Positions 1-10,788 of a stretch of DNA of 15,852 bases are shown one piece after another. The position numbers were made by a program, and so were the translations under genes. The stretch comes from Eledone cirrhosa (lineage: Eukaryota). The notes under the pieces were generated by a model. It did no database searches. It saw only the letters and a list, made by a program, of their open reading frames with translations, and was not told the DNA's origin. Where the stretch lies: positions 1 to 15,852 of the forward strand of contig CAXHJY010001762.1 of NCBI GenBank assembly GCA_964016885.1, written 5' to 3'. Each line of letters opens with the position of its first letter. Position 1 is the first letter of the stretch.

Positions 1-3000
1 GAGAGAGTCGGTTTCTAACATAGACACAAGACTCTCTCATTGGAATTTACACAACATCAACTAGGTAGATATGTATGTATGCATGCATGTGTAGATATGG
101 ATGTTATTGTATGTGTAGATGTGTATGTTTTGAGTTGTATGTGTGCATGTGTATATGCTTTGCATATGTACATGTGTTTTATATGCAGTTATTAGATGCA
201 AAATTTTTGGAATGTTTTACATATTTTTACTGTTCCATTAATGGATTGTACTTGTAATTTCCTAACTAGTCATGTTCTTTCTGCTCCTGTGAAGTCTAGA
301 TTCTCAAGATTTGTATTGAGGCAGTTACTAACATATCCCAGTGCCTCAATAATCACAGGCATAAATCTGAAGGTGTAATCAGGGTGGAGTATCTGCAGAT
401 TTCTTATCAGTTCTGCATAAATATTCTCCTTTTCACTAATCTTTGATATTATATTGGCATCTGCTGGGCAGCTAATTTCCACTACTGTGCATGTTTTCTT
501 CTCCCTGTCCCATATCATAATATCTGGTCTGTTATGCCTGCATTTTATTGGGGTTTTTACTGGAACATTCCACCAGTACTCTTTCATATTATGTACATGG
601 ATGTCTTCCACATTGTTGTAGCTTTTAATGTGTTTATTATCGGGGCTATCTTTTTTACGAACTGCATTGTACAGTGTTTTGGCCACTACATCATGCCTCA
701 TAGGTAGATAGTACCGCGATGACATCTTTGGGCAGCTGCTGATGACATGGGTGATATCCTCGATGCAGAGTCTGCAGTTGCTATCACATCTAGGTGTTTT
801 GCCTGCATCCCTATCTCTTTTGTGAATCAGGTATTTCGTGCTAATCTCCTGTTCTTGGATTGCAAAAGCGTATCCTTCAAAGTGGGAGCCAATATAGCGG
901 TTGTTGGTCCAAGATAGACTACTTTCCTTATCTATATTACCCTCACTCTGGAGCTTCCTGGCAACATATCCATGCATGATTTTTTGCTGATAGGCATGCA
1001 GTTTTTCATCTATGGATTCACTGCGATACTGCTGAGCGACATCCCTGGGTGTGAGTTTTTGATTATCACACAGGGAATATCTCTCAAGGAGTTCCTTCCC
1101 AACTCTCATGATCTTATCTGTTTCATGCAGATAGACTTGCTCGAGAAGTGGGCTCCTACGCTTCGAGGTTCGTAGATATTGTCGGAGAGATATGATGCGA
1201 CATTCAAATGTTGTCTGGACTGATGTTAGGCCTCTGTCTCCCTGCTTACGTTTCAAGTAAAGGCGGTCTATGTCACTGTTGATGTGGAAGTTTCCGGTGT
1301 TGTTCAGTATTTTTCGAGTTCCAACTTCAACTGCTCGGATTTCGTCTATCGTCCAATTGAGTATTCCAAACGTTGGTGTTAGGACAGGCACAGCAAACAC
1401 ATTGTGAGCCACTGTTTTGTTTTGCGCAGAGAGTTCCGATGACCAGATCTTTCTTAATCGGGTGTAGTATTCCCTGGTTACGCGTTCTTTATTACAGATA
1501 CCATTATAGGATATGTTCTCATCTATCCCCAGGTATCTGTAGCAGTCCTCATCAGATATAGGTGAAACAGTTAGACCATTGATGACAATGTTGCTAGATT
1601 GGGTTGTTGTTTTCCCCCGCTTTACAGTCATGTATGAGCATTTATCTTGTCCAAATCCATTCCTATATCCTTTGAGAACGTTGTAACCAGGTCAAGATTT
1701 TTCTTCATCCCATCCATGTTCTTGGCATAGAGTTTCAGATCGTCCACAAAGAAGTTATGGGTTAGGTTCGTATTTCTGTCCTCCTGTGAGCCAATGATGT
1801 ATCCCTCACATTTCTTGAGCAGAAAGGACAAGGGGTTTAATGACAAGATGAACAATATCACAGAGAGACTGTCCCACTGAAATATACCCCTGCAATATTT
1901 TATTTTATCAGTGAAAATAGAGTCCTCCCTCTCTATCTTTAACCTTAGGATAGTAGCCCAAGAAGAAGACAGCCTCTCTATGGCTCTGACAATAATGTCT
2001 GGGACTTTAGCAAGTTGGAGGACCTCTATCATCCAAGAGTGGGGAACAGAATCGAAAGCTTTCTTTTAGTCCAGCCAGACTGTAGTCATATTCCTCCTAA
2101 GTTGTCGCACCTCCGACATCGCAGTTTTGTTGATTAGGAGTTGTTCAGCACATCCCAAACCCTTTTCTTTCCAGCTGCTTGTTCATCTGTGATGATGTTA
2201 TTATTTTCACAGTGATCTTGGAGGAATAGGTTCAGGCAGGCTGTATACATCTTATACATCAGGTTCTGGCATGCAATGGGTCGGTAGTTTTTTGCCAAGT
2301 GGGTGTCTTTGTTCTTGGGGACCAGTAATGTTTGTGCTAATGTCAACCATTCTGGTATAAGTGTATCTCCCTTAAGAACTTGTTGGTAGAGGTCAGTAAG
2401 ATACCTCCGATATAATATTAGTTTTTTGTACCAGTAGCCGACAATCATGTCTCTTCCTGGTGTTTTCTTATCTTGGAGTTTTCCTATCACAGTCTCAAGG
2501 GTACCCTCACTTATTTCGTATGTTTTTGTTGTAGTGTAGGAGCAATAGTTCTTTCGGATTTCTCTTAGCCACACTGCATCTTGGTTGAAATTCTTCTTTT
2601 CACCCCATATTTTTCTCCAAAAGGAATCTCTGTCTTTCTGGGATGGGGCCTCAGTGACACTTATTATTTTGCCCTTCATATCTCTATAGACTGATGTTTG
2701 GTTTCGTCTGAATCTTTTATTAAGCATTTTTCTCTCATCTACCTTCTTCAGGTATCGGCGTTTTTCGCTAACAGCTCTCAATTCTTGTTTGAGGGTGATC
2801 AGCTTATATTGGAGAGTTCTGGTTCTACTGTTACCAAACATCGTCTCTATTTTATTTTTCACTCTTTGTTGGTGAGGAGTGAGGTTTTTTGTGTTTGTTT
2901 GCATGTAAGGAGCATTGTCACATGTCCTATGTTTTTTCATAGGTCAGCACTCTTTTTTTCTATTTTAGTTATATATGATGGTATTTTTGGTGGTGTTTTG

Positions 3001-3236
3001 TTCTTGTTAATATCTCTGCTATCACCAAGATAATGCTTCACTGTCATTGCTAAGGCATATAAACAGGCGTTGATTTGCCAAAATGATGGGGTTTTTATCC
3101 GTCGTAAATATTCATCCCTTATTTCGTCAATAACACGTAGTATATCATTATTTGGTTTTTTATTCACCATTGTCATTTTAACACGTTCAGCCAGAGAGAT
3201 ATTTATACATGAGTTAATTTCTCTCTGGAAGATTTG
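1..3236 (-). mobile_element. 5'-truncated, decayed RLE-type non-LTR retrotransposon (R4/Dong-like); 3' UTR runs off the window start
   Basis: Collinear ORF fragments encode RT, CCHC and a restriction-like endonuclease. The 3' UTR (1-191) is homologous to 6085-6300 of the second copy. The reading frame (QIFQREINSCINISLAERVKMTMV) runs straight into (CATA)n at about 3237. Confidence 0.9.
192..3236 (-). pseudogene. Disrupted RT-CCHC-RLE polyprotein ORF
   Basis: Motifs NYRPIACQNLMYK, EQAAGKK, VWLD*KKAFDSVPHSW (stop 2066-2068), GIFQWDSLS, FFVDDLKLY, YRYLGI, CRLC-x5-H-x4-C, RHD and RPDIMIWD...VEISCP. Frameshifts lie near 2940, 2150 and 1657. The TGA at 270-272 is premature: the frame continues LVRKLQVQSINGTVKICKTFQKFCI to TAA at 192-194, matching the C-terminus of copy 2. 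Confidence 0.9.
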
Positions 3237-3306
3237 TGTATGTATGTATGTATGTATGTATGTATGTATGTATGTATGTATGTATGTATGTATGTATGTA
3301 TGTATG
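3237..3306. repeat. (TATG)n microsatellite
   Basis: Near-perfect tetranucleotide array. Confidence 0.98.
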
Positions 3307-3875
3307 TCGGGTCACTCTTGAGTGATACTGGTAACATGTAACCCAGTACCACCTGTCGCATGGTAGGGTCGTCGGCTACTAAACTGGCAACCCCCACCAA
3401 GTTTACTTGGTGAGGAGGGTGATTTTGGACACCCTGCAGCACAAAAAAACAAAACCTGACAAAGGGCGGAAGAACTCATAAGAGTCAACGGCCATCCCAA
3501 AATGTGTAAATATGTATATACACATGTACATATGTATGTGTATGTGTATGCGCGGGAACATAGAAATAGTCGGGCTGGATACCCGAGTGAAGGACCCCTA
3601 GCGTTTGTCAGGGCATTCTTCTAGGAGAAGGAAACTCAGAAAATTGGGATAACTCCGATATAAAATCTGCGGCTCGGTAGTTTCCGATGATGTTTATCTT
3701 TTCTTCTTTTCGGGTTATAGCTACTGTTGCTCAGAGAGTGGGATTGGCTCAGTGCACAGTCTTTCTTCACTTAAAAAAATCTTTGCGCACAGGCATTGCA
3801 CGATGGAATTAATTAATAATTAGTAATAATGGTATATCGTGCAATAGCCATACTCGATAACGAGGGGCAGCCATC
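3307..3875 (+). mobile_element. Non-autonomous RTE-derived (bipartite 5'UTR + 3' end) retroelement
   Basis: RTE 5'UTR-like motif CTAGGAGAAGGAAACTC (3621-3637). RTE-like 3' end CTCGATAACGAGGGGCAGCCATC followed by (TATG)n. Segment 3585-3875 is homologous to the reverse complement of 13511-13918. No ORF. Whether 3307-3505 belongs to the same element is inferred. Confidence 0.6.
3310..3387 (+). ncRNA. Candidate degenerate HDV-like ribozyme
   Basis: P2 CCAGT(3343-47)/ACTGG(3383-87), P3 ACC/GGT around loop ACCTGTCGCAT, GG at 3374-75, J4/2 CTAA (3379-82). P1 is imperfect and the loop is longer than canonical. Confidence 0.3.
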
Positions 3876-3989
3876 ATGTATGTATGTATGTATGTATGTA
3901 TGTATGTATGTATGTATGTATGTATGTATGTATGTATGTATGTATGTATGTATGTATGTATGTTTGAATGTATGTATATAAGTATGTAT
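3876..3989. repeat. (TATG)n microsatellite
   Basis: Perfect array to about 3963, degenerate after that. Confidence 0.97.
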
Positions 3990-4113
3990 CTTCAGGCTTT
4001 CCTGAAGATTTCTTTTGAATGAAGCAGTTTAGTCCCGTAGAAGCCATTTGTATAAACATGATGTTTACATTCTACTAATGTACTGAGTACCTTACTTACT
4101 GTGGTTACCCCGG
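3988..4113 (+). mobile_element. HHR-bearing repeat fragment (Penelope-like pLTR/retrozyme remnant)
   Basis: GGCTTTC-CTGAAGA...GAAG...GTA-GAAGCC. Segment 4030-4110 aligns with 15129-15205 (TAGTCCYGTAGAAGYCATTT...TACTAATGTA..GAGTACCTT...TGTGGTTACC). Confidence 0.5.
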
Positions 4114-4126
4114 ATTGAAATCTGGA

Positions 4127-4320
<194 letters not shown>

Positions 4321-4612
4321 ACAAAGAAGGTGTAGTAAGATATCAGGTGGTCCATAACGCACCAGAGTACTCAATACTTAGGGTAGTAGAGTGGGTAATA
4401 TGAAAACAGTCAGGACACCGACGTGTATATGGGTTCCTAGTGTCCGCGCATTGCCTGGGAACTTAGCTGAGAATAGACTTCCTGATGACGTAATGAATTC
4501 TCGAAAGTTATATTGTGTAACTATATTTATCCCATTACAGAAACTAATTAGTTGGAGTGAAAATTTTAGTAAGTTAATTTTTAATTTTTAAAATTTTCTT
4601 ATTTTACGTCTT
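4321..4612 (+). mobile_element. HHR-bearing repeat island (degenerate)
   Basis: GACTTC-CTGATGA(4482-88)...GAAA(4503-06)-stem III GTTATA/TGTAAC-TA. The 5' part (4345-4400) resembles the inverted tail of the 3988-4113 fragment. Flanked by (TA)n. Confidence 0.4.
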
Positions 4613-4886
4613 TCATATATACATATATATATATACATATATGAATTTAAAAAAATACATATATATACATTTATATAAATTTGTCTCTCCCTTACACACT
4701 CTGTATATGTGTTAATCTCCTCTCTATATATTTGTTTGTGTGTGTGTTGCGTATGTGTGCGAGTGTGTGTTTATGTACGTTAGTGTGAGTGCGTGTTTGT
4801 GTGTCCATATACTGACTAGTACATAAAGAGGAACCGAAATTTAATTAGTCTTTACTGAAAATTGCAACGAAGGCAAATGTTTTCTT

Positions 4887-4887
<1 letters not shown>

Positions 4888-4957
<70 letters not shown>
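4888..4957. repeat. (ACT)n microsatellite
   Basis: About 23 perfect units, decaying into CAC/CAT triplets. Confidence 0.98.
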
Positions 4958-5210
4958 TCACACCAGCATCACCATCACTACCACCATCATCATCACCAAC
5001 ATCACACATACACACACACATACTCACACAAGCACGCATAGACTCACATAAATAAGTATGTGCCCTGTACCCAAATAATTTTACTAAGTTCACTTGTTCA
5101 TGACAGCAGTTATACGCATGCGCGTCAATTTGAATGCGACTACTTTTGTAGTTCGTTTGTGTATTTTGATATTTTTCCAATAAAGTAGCTGGTTTCTAAC
5201 AAATAATGCT

Positions 5211-5402
5211 ATATACATAGATACGCACGTATACGTACGTACATATATACATAGATACGCACGTATATACGTACGTACATATATACATAGATACGCCCGT
5301 ATACGTACGTACATATATACATAGATACGCACGTATACGTACGTACATATATACATAGATACGCACGTATATACGTACGTACATATATACATACATACAT
5401 AC
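5211..5402. repeat. 34/36-bp minisatellite x5 ending in (TACA)n
   Basis: Unit ATATACATAGATACGCACGTATA(TA)CGTACGTACAT starting at 5211, 5245, 5281, 5315 and 5349. Confidence 0.95.
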
Positions 5403-6342
5403 AACTTTATGCCAAGAATATAAATGATAGTAAGAAAAATCTTGACCTGGTTACGATGTTCTCGAAAGATTTAGGAATGGAGTTTGGCCAGGACAAATGT
5501 TTCTAAATGATTGTAAAGTGAGGAAAAACTACAAGCCAATCAAACAACATATCTATCAATAGTTTGACTGTTGCACAAGTATCTGACGAGGACTGCTAGA
5601 GACACCTAGGACATATGCATACATAATTGCTTCTACTTTAGGCACAAGGCCAACAATTTTTGTGGAGGAGAACGTTTACTAAATAGACCCCAGTGCATTA
5701 CTGGTGCTTTATTTTATCGACCCCCGTAAGGATGAACGGCAAAGCTAACCTCAGCGGGATTTGAACTTAGAATGTAAAGATACGTAATTATACTGCGAAG
5801 CATGGTGTCCGACGCTCTACCAATTCTGCCAATCCACTGGTGAAAAGGAGAACATTTATGTTGTACTCAAGAGGAATCTGCTGAGATTCCACCCTGACTA
5901 TGCCTTCAAATCAATACCTGTGATAATTGGGGCTCTGGGATATATTACCAACTGCTTCAGTAAAGATCTTGAGAAGCTGGGCTTCAAAGAACCAGAAAGA
6001 GCACAGCTATTTAGGAAGTTACAAGTACAGTCCATTAATAGAACTGTAAAATTATGTAAAGTATTTCAGAAATTCAGCATCTAATATATTGCATATATAT
6101 GTGTATAGAAACATATGTACCTGTACACATATAATATATGCAACAACACCCATACCATCACACACACACACAAACACACACACACACACACACACACACA
6201 TATGCTCACAAACACACACACTTACATAAGTATTTACCTAGTTGATATATAAATTCCAATAAAAGTCTCTTGTTTCTATGTTAGAAACAGACCCTCTCTT
6301 TCTATTGGTAAAAAACGTTAAAATAATAAAATCAGAAGAACA
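5403..6342 (+). mobile_element. Second copy of the R4/Dong-like retrotransposon, 5'-truncated and internally deleted, interrupted by a SINE
   Basis: 5403-5612 encodes LYAKNINDSKKNLDLVTMFSKDLGMEFGQDKC...HLG. 5840-6084 encodes EKENIY...HPDYAFKSIPVIIGALGY...FQKFSI*. The 3' UTR matches the reverse complement of 1-70, and AATAAA lies at 6325-6330. Confidence 0.9.
5627..5838 (-). mobile_element. tRNA-derived SINE with Meta-type core
   Basis: The minus strand reads TGGCAGAATTGG (A box), GTTCAAATCCC (B box), core GCCGTTCATCCTTACGGGGGTCGATAAAATAAAGCACCAG and tail GGCCTTGTGCCTAAAGTAGAA. Homologous to 7971-8157. Confidence 0.88.
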
Positions 6343-6352
6343 TCTCTATATA

Positions 6353-6409
<57 letters not shown>

Positions 6410-6412
6410 TAT
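6343..6412. repeat. (CT)n(TA)n microsatellite
   Basis: Direct reading. Confidence 0.95.
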
Positions 6413-6835
6413 GAAGAGAGAAGAAACATTTAGATATAATTAGTAATAAAATGTATCATACCTAAACTGCTCCTAGATTCTTCGACTACGTAGTTTCGTG
6501 GCATAAACAAAAACAATACATCATAAAGATATAGAGTCCTTGCGAGGTCTGCCGACTTATCAAGAGGATACCTCATTTTACTAGTCTCAAGAACGCGTCC
6601 ACACGACGTGAGAAAGAATCCCAAAAGGCGGAGGGGGAGATAGTCACGCGATATAACGGTCGAGAAACAGAGCTAAGCCTCTTATAACCCCGAAGAAAAT
6701 ACCACGGAGGCGGAGGGGGTATTTATATCGAAGCCGTAGAAGAGGTGGTGAAGGGGGCGAGAAGTATGAGTAATGGAAGCTTTCCAGCAGTCCCTACACT
6801 TCAAAGATTGCTCGACCAGAGGGAGTTATTAACAA
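6413..6835 (-). mobile_element. Probable Penelope-like pLTR/retrozyme-type island carrying the HHR
   Basis: Non-coding, higher-GC island between microsatellites that contains the palindromic-stem-III HHR. Boundaries are approximate. Confidence 0.4.
6479..6568 (-). ncRNA. Type I hammerhead ribozyme, U3-A8 core variant, GUC cleavage triplet
   Basis: Minus strand: TCCTC-TTGATAA-GT(C)GGCA...TGCCAC-GAAA-CTACGTAG-TC-GAAGA. Stem II has 6 bp plus a bulge, stem III is the palindrome ACTACGTAGT, and stem I has 4 of 5 pairs. Confidence 0.65.
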
Positions 6836-6999
6836 TATATTTAGAAACACACAGATACATGCGGACACACACATATACATGAATGCATCCGCACCCAACC
6901 GTGAGTTAAGGGTGCCAACTTCACCGATGTTGCTCAATGAATGACTGGGACAGACCAATCCGGTTGAATCAGACTGAACCAGTATCAGAGTTAAATATA

Positions 7000-7046
<47 letters not shown>

Positions 7047-7124
7047 CATATGCATACATGTACTTTTAAAGACATACATATATGCATTCTAACATACATA
7101 TATACATACAAACTAAACCATACC

Positions 7125-7170
<46 letters not shown>

Positions 7171-7176
7171 TAAAAT

Positions 7177-7255
7177 TATCGAACCAGACAAATTGAATTT
7201 ATCTTAGCTCGCCAAATTTCCACTCGCTCCATGGTTTTACAGAACCTGTATTTAT
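7177..7255 (-). repeat. Unclassified dispersed repeat X
   Basis: TATCGAACCAGACAAATTGAATTT...CACTCGCTCCATGGTTTTACAG aligns to the reverse complement of 15033-15116. Confidence 0.7.
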
Positions 7256-7356
7256 TAACTGAAAATACAAATCTGTATATCATAGCACCCATTGAGTTGG
7301 TTAGTGGTAAAAACGATGTTATATACATATATATCTATATATGTATATCTAGCTAT

Positions 7357-7386
7357 TTCTCTCTCTCTCTCTCTCGCTCTCTCTCT

Positions 7387-7483
<97 letters not shown>

Positions 7484-7519
7484 TGTGTGTGTGGGTGTAT
7501 ATATATATATATATATATA
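7357..7519. repeat. (CT)n(TA)n(GT)n(TA)n microsatellite
   Basis: Direct reading. Confidence 0.97.
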
Positions 7520-7970
7520 ATTATGTTTGCATGTACTTTTGTGAATTTTTACTTTATTCGAAGAATTTCTCTTCGGTTTCTCCAGTACAACATACGCCTC
7601 AGTTTCTGTCTAAGAGCCAAGATTTCTCTGCTGATATTTACGGAGCAATAACTTCAATCAAATTTTGAACTTTTCTTTGATGTTTTATTTTTGTTTGTTT
7701 GTTAGTTTATTACTCTACTCATTGTGCAAGGGAATTTGAGTTCTGATCACCTGTTTTTGATCTTTCTTTGATAATCGCTCAAAGTAGTTAAATACTATCG
7801 AGTAGAGATCTCACAGAATAAGTACAAAAAAAAAAAAAAAAATGAATGAACCAATTTGTAAAGTTATATTTAACATTTAATCAATGTAATCAATATATCA
7901 AGGAAAGAAAAGGAGAGAAGACAGTCGTTAGATCGAACCAATGAAACTATGTTTCTAATGATTTATATGT

Positions 7971-8157
7971 GGTGGATTGGCAGTATCGTTAGAGGGTCGG
8001 ACGCCATGCTTTGACGCATAGAGTTACGGTCCTTGCCATTCTGAGTTCAAATCCCGCCGAGGATAACTTTGCCTTTCATCCTTACGGGGTCGATAAAATA
8101 AAGTACCAGTAATGCACTGGGTAATTGCTGGCCTTGTGCCAAAAGTAGAAACAATTA
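7971..8157 (+). mobile_element. tRNA-derived Meta-core SINE (same family as 5627-5838)
   Basis: B box GTTCAAATCCC (8045-55) and core GCCTTTCATCCTTACGGGGTCGATAAAATAAAGTACCAG. About 30 nt are deleted before the tail relative to the other copy. Confidence 0.9.
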
Positions 8158-8199
8158 TTGATATTATGTTCCGGTCGTAATTTCCGGCAGAAGGATATG

Positions 8200-8335
8200 A
8201 AATTTGAACTCATAACGCAGAGACCCAAAATAGATACCACAAATCATCCAGTCATACTCTTTAACAATCCACTACTCCTCAACTAGTACTTTATTTATCG
8301 ACCCCAGAAGGATGAAAGCCAAAGTTGATCCTTGC
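8200..8335 (-). mobile_element. Two older fragments of the same SINE family
   Basis: ATTTGAACTCATAACG... (head, 8201-8270) and ACTAGTACTTTATTTATCGACCCCAGAAGGATGAAAGCCAAAG (core, 8282-8332). Confidence 0.7.
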
Positions 8336-8358
8336 AGGTTCTCGGAGTGAATAAGCGG

Positions 8359-9328
8359 AGTGCAAATAGTTGTAAATTTCCTTATAAGTTTATTCGATAA
8401 AATATTTCAAAAGATTTATTGACTTCTGATGTGACCTATAGAGTTTCATTGCAACCATTGCAATCATTCTCTGCAAGAGTACACACGTTTTGAATTTTAT
8501 TGTCTGTTGCATCTGGGAGGTGAATTAACCAGAATGATACAACTAATATCATTTGTGATTAAAGTAAACATAAGTTTAACATGAGATGAACGTATCAACT
8601 TGAAGTTTTCAAACATTTGTGATTAGAGCTCAACCTAAGTTTAAGACGTGAACAACGTATCAACTTGAAGGTTACTCACATTTGTGATTAGAGCTCAACC
8701 TAAGTTTAAACTGTGATCAACGTATCAACTTGAAAGTTACAAACTTGAAGGTTGTAAACTTTTGTGATTAGAGATCAGTATAAGTTTAACATATAATCAA
8801 CTTATTAACTTGAAGGTTACAATATAGATATAAAAGTAGAGAGAAAGTGACACAGATATAGAGTGAGTGTGTGCGTGAGTATGTGTGCGTGAGTCTGTGT
8901 GTGTGTGTGTGTATGAGAGAGAGAAACGTTGGCAGTGATTAGAGCTCAATATAAGTTTAACATGTAATCAACTAATCAACTTATCAACTTGAAGATTATA
9001 AACATTTCTTATTACAGCTCAACCTAAGTTTAACATACATAATCAACATTTTAACTTCAAGGTTACAAACAGAATGCAATAGTTGGCTTAACATGTGATC
9101 AAGGTATCGACTTAACGTTACAAACAGAATGCAATAGTTGCAAATTTCATAAAAGTTGATAATAAGATATTCCAAATAAACTTTTGATGTGGACTATGAA
9201 GAATATTTGCAATCAATCTCTGCAAGAGTGCACACGTCTTAAATTCCCTCGTCTGTTGCAGCTGCTGTTGCAGTTAATGGGAAGATTTAACTGGAATGGT
9301 ACCAATAATAATATTTGGAATTAGAGCT
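8359..9328. repeat. Complex satellite: ~200-bp unit + about 7 copies of a ~65-bp unit + second ~200-bp unit
   Basis: 65-mer CATTTGTGATTAGAGCTCAACCTAAGTTTAACATGTGATCAACGTATCAACTTGAAGGTTACAAA at 8550, 8614, 8679, 8760, ~8930, 9003 and (partial) 9087. Segment 8359-8564 is similar to 9129-9328. Confidence 0.85.
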
Positions 9329-9607
9329 ATCGATGCAGTGAAACTATTTTCTAGTTTACATTGGTTACATTGGTGCAATCCTTCCAAAAACAACGTCCAT
9401 CTTAGAATGGAAAAGACACCGAGACGAGAAGTCTAAAGGGAAATCTCATATATGTAAACACCATAGAATGTTTAAATCTACAAATATCCAATCTGAAATT
9501 AGCATACAATAAAAATGTACTTCATAAAAGTATTATTGGTCTGGTGAATATATATAAAACAAAAACTATAGTAAGTACTCCTCACAATCATTATCCAGCT
9601 ATCTAAA

Positions 9608-10667
<1,060 letters not shown>

Positions 10668-10671
<4 letters not shown>

Positions 10672-10788
10672 AGGCGTGTGGCTGAGTGGTTAGAGTATTG
10701 GATTCACAATCGTGAGGTTGTAAGTTCGATTCCTGAACCAGGCGATGCGTTATGTCCTTGAGCAAGACACTTTATTTCACGTTGCTCC
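10668..10788 (+). mobile_element. 3'-truncated tRNA-derived SINE with CORE-like domain
   Basis: A box TGGCTGAGTGG (10679-89), B box GTTCGATTCC (10724-33), then TGTCCTTGAGCAAGACACTTT. Confidence 0.85.

Noticed and set aside
270-1631. 453-aa ORF as an intact gene
   Set aside because: It is a fragment between a frameshift (~1657) and a premature stop within the retrotransposon ORF.
4845-5404. Poly-Val and YVYM-repeat ORFs
   Set aside because: Derived from (ACT)n and the minisatellite.
6687-6720. Repeated GGCGGAGGGGG (6627 and 6708) as GC-box promoter or G-quadruplex
   Set aside because: Only two short matches, too far apart to support a call.
8550-9125. CRISPR-like regular array
   Set aside because: The units are similar along their whole length with no unique spacers, there are no cas genes, and the context is eukaryotic.
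10672-10743. Functional tRNA gene
   Set aside because: Acceptor and anticodon stems are poorly paired and the sequence continues into a SINE core.
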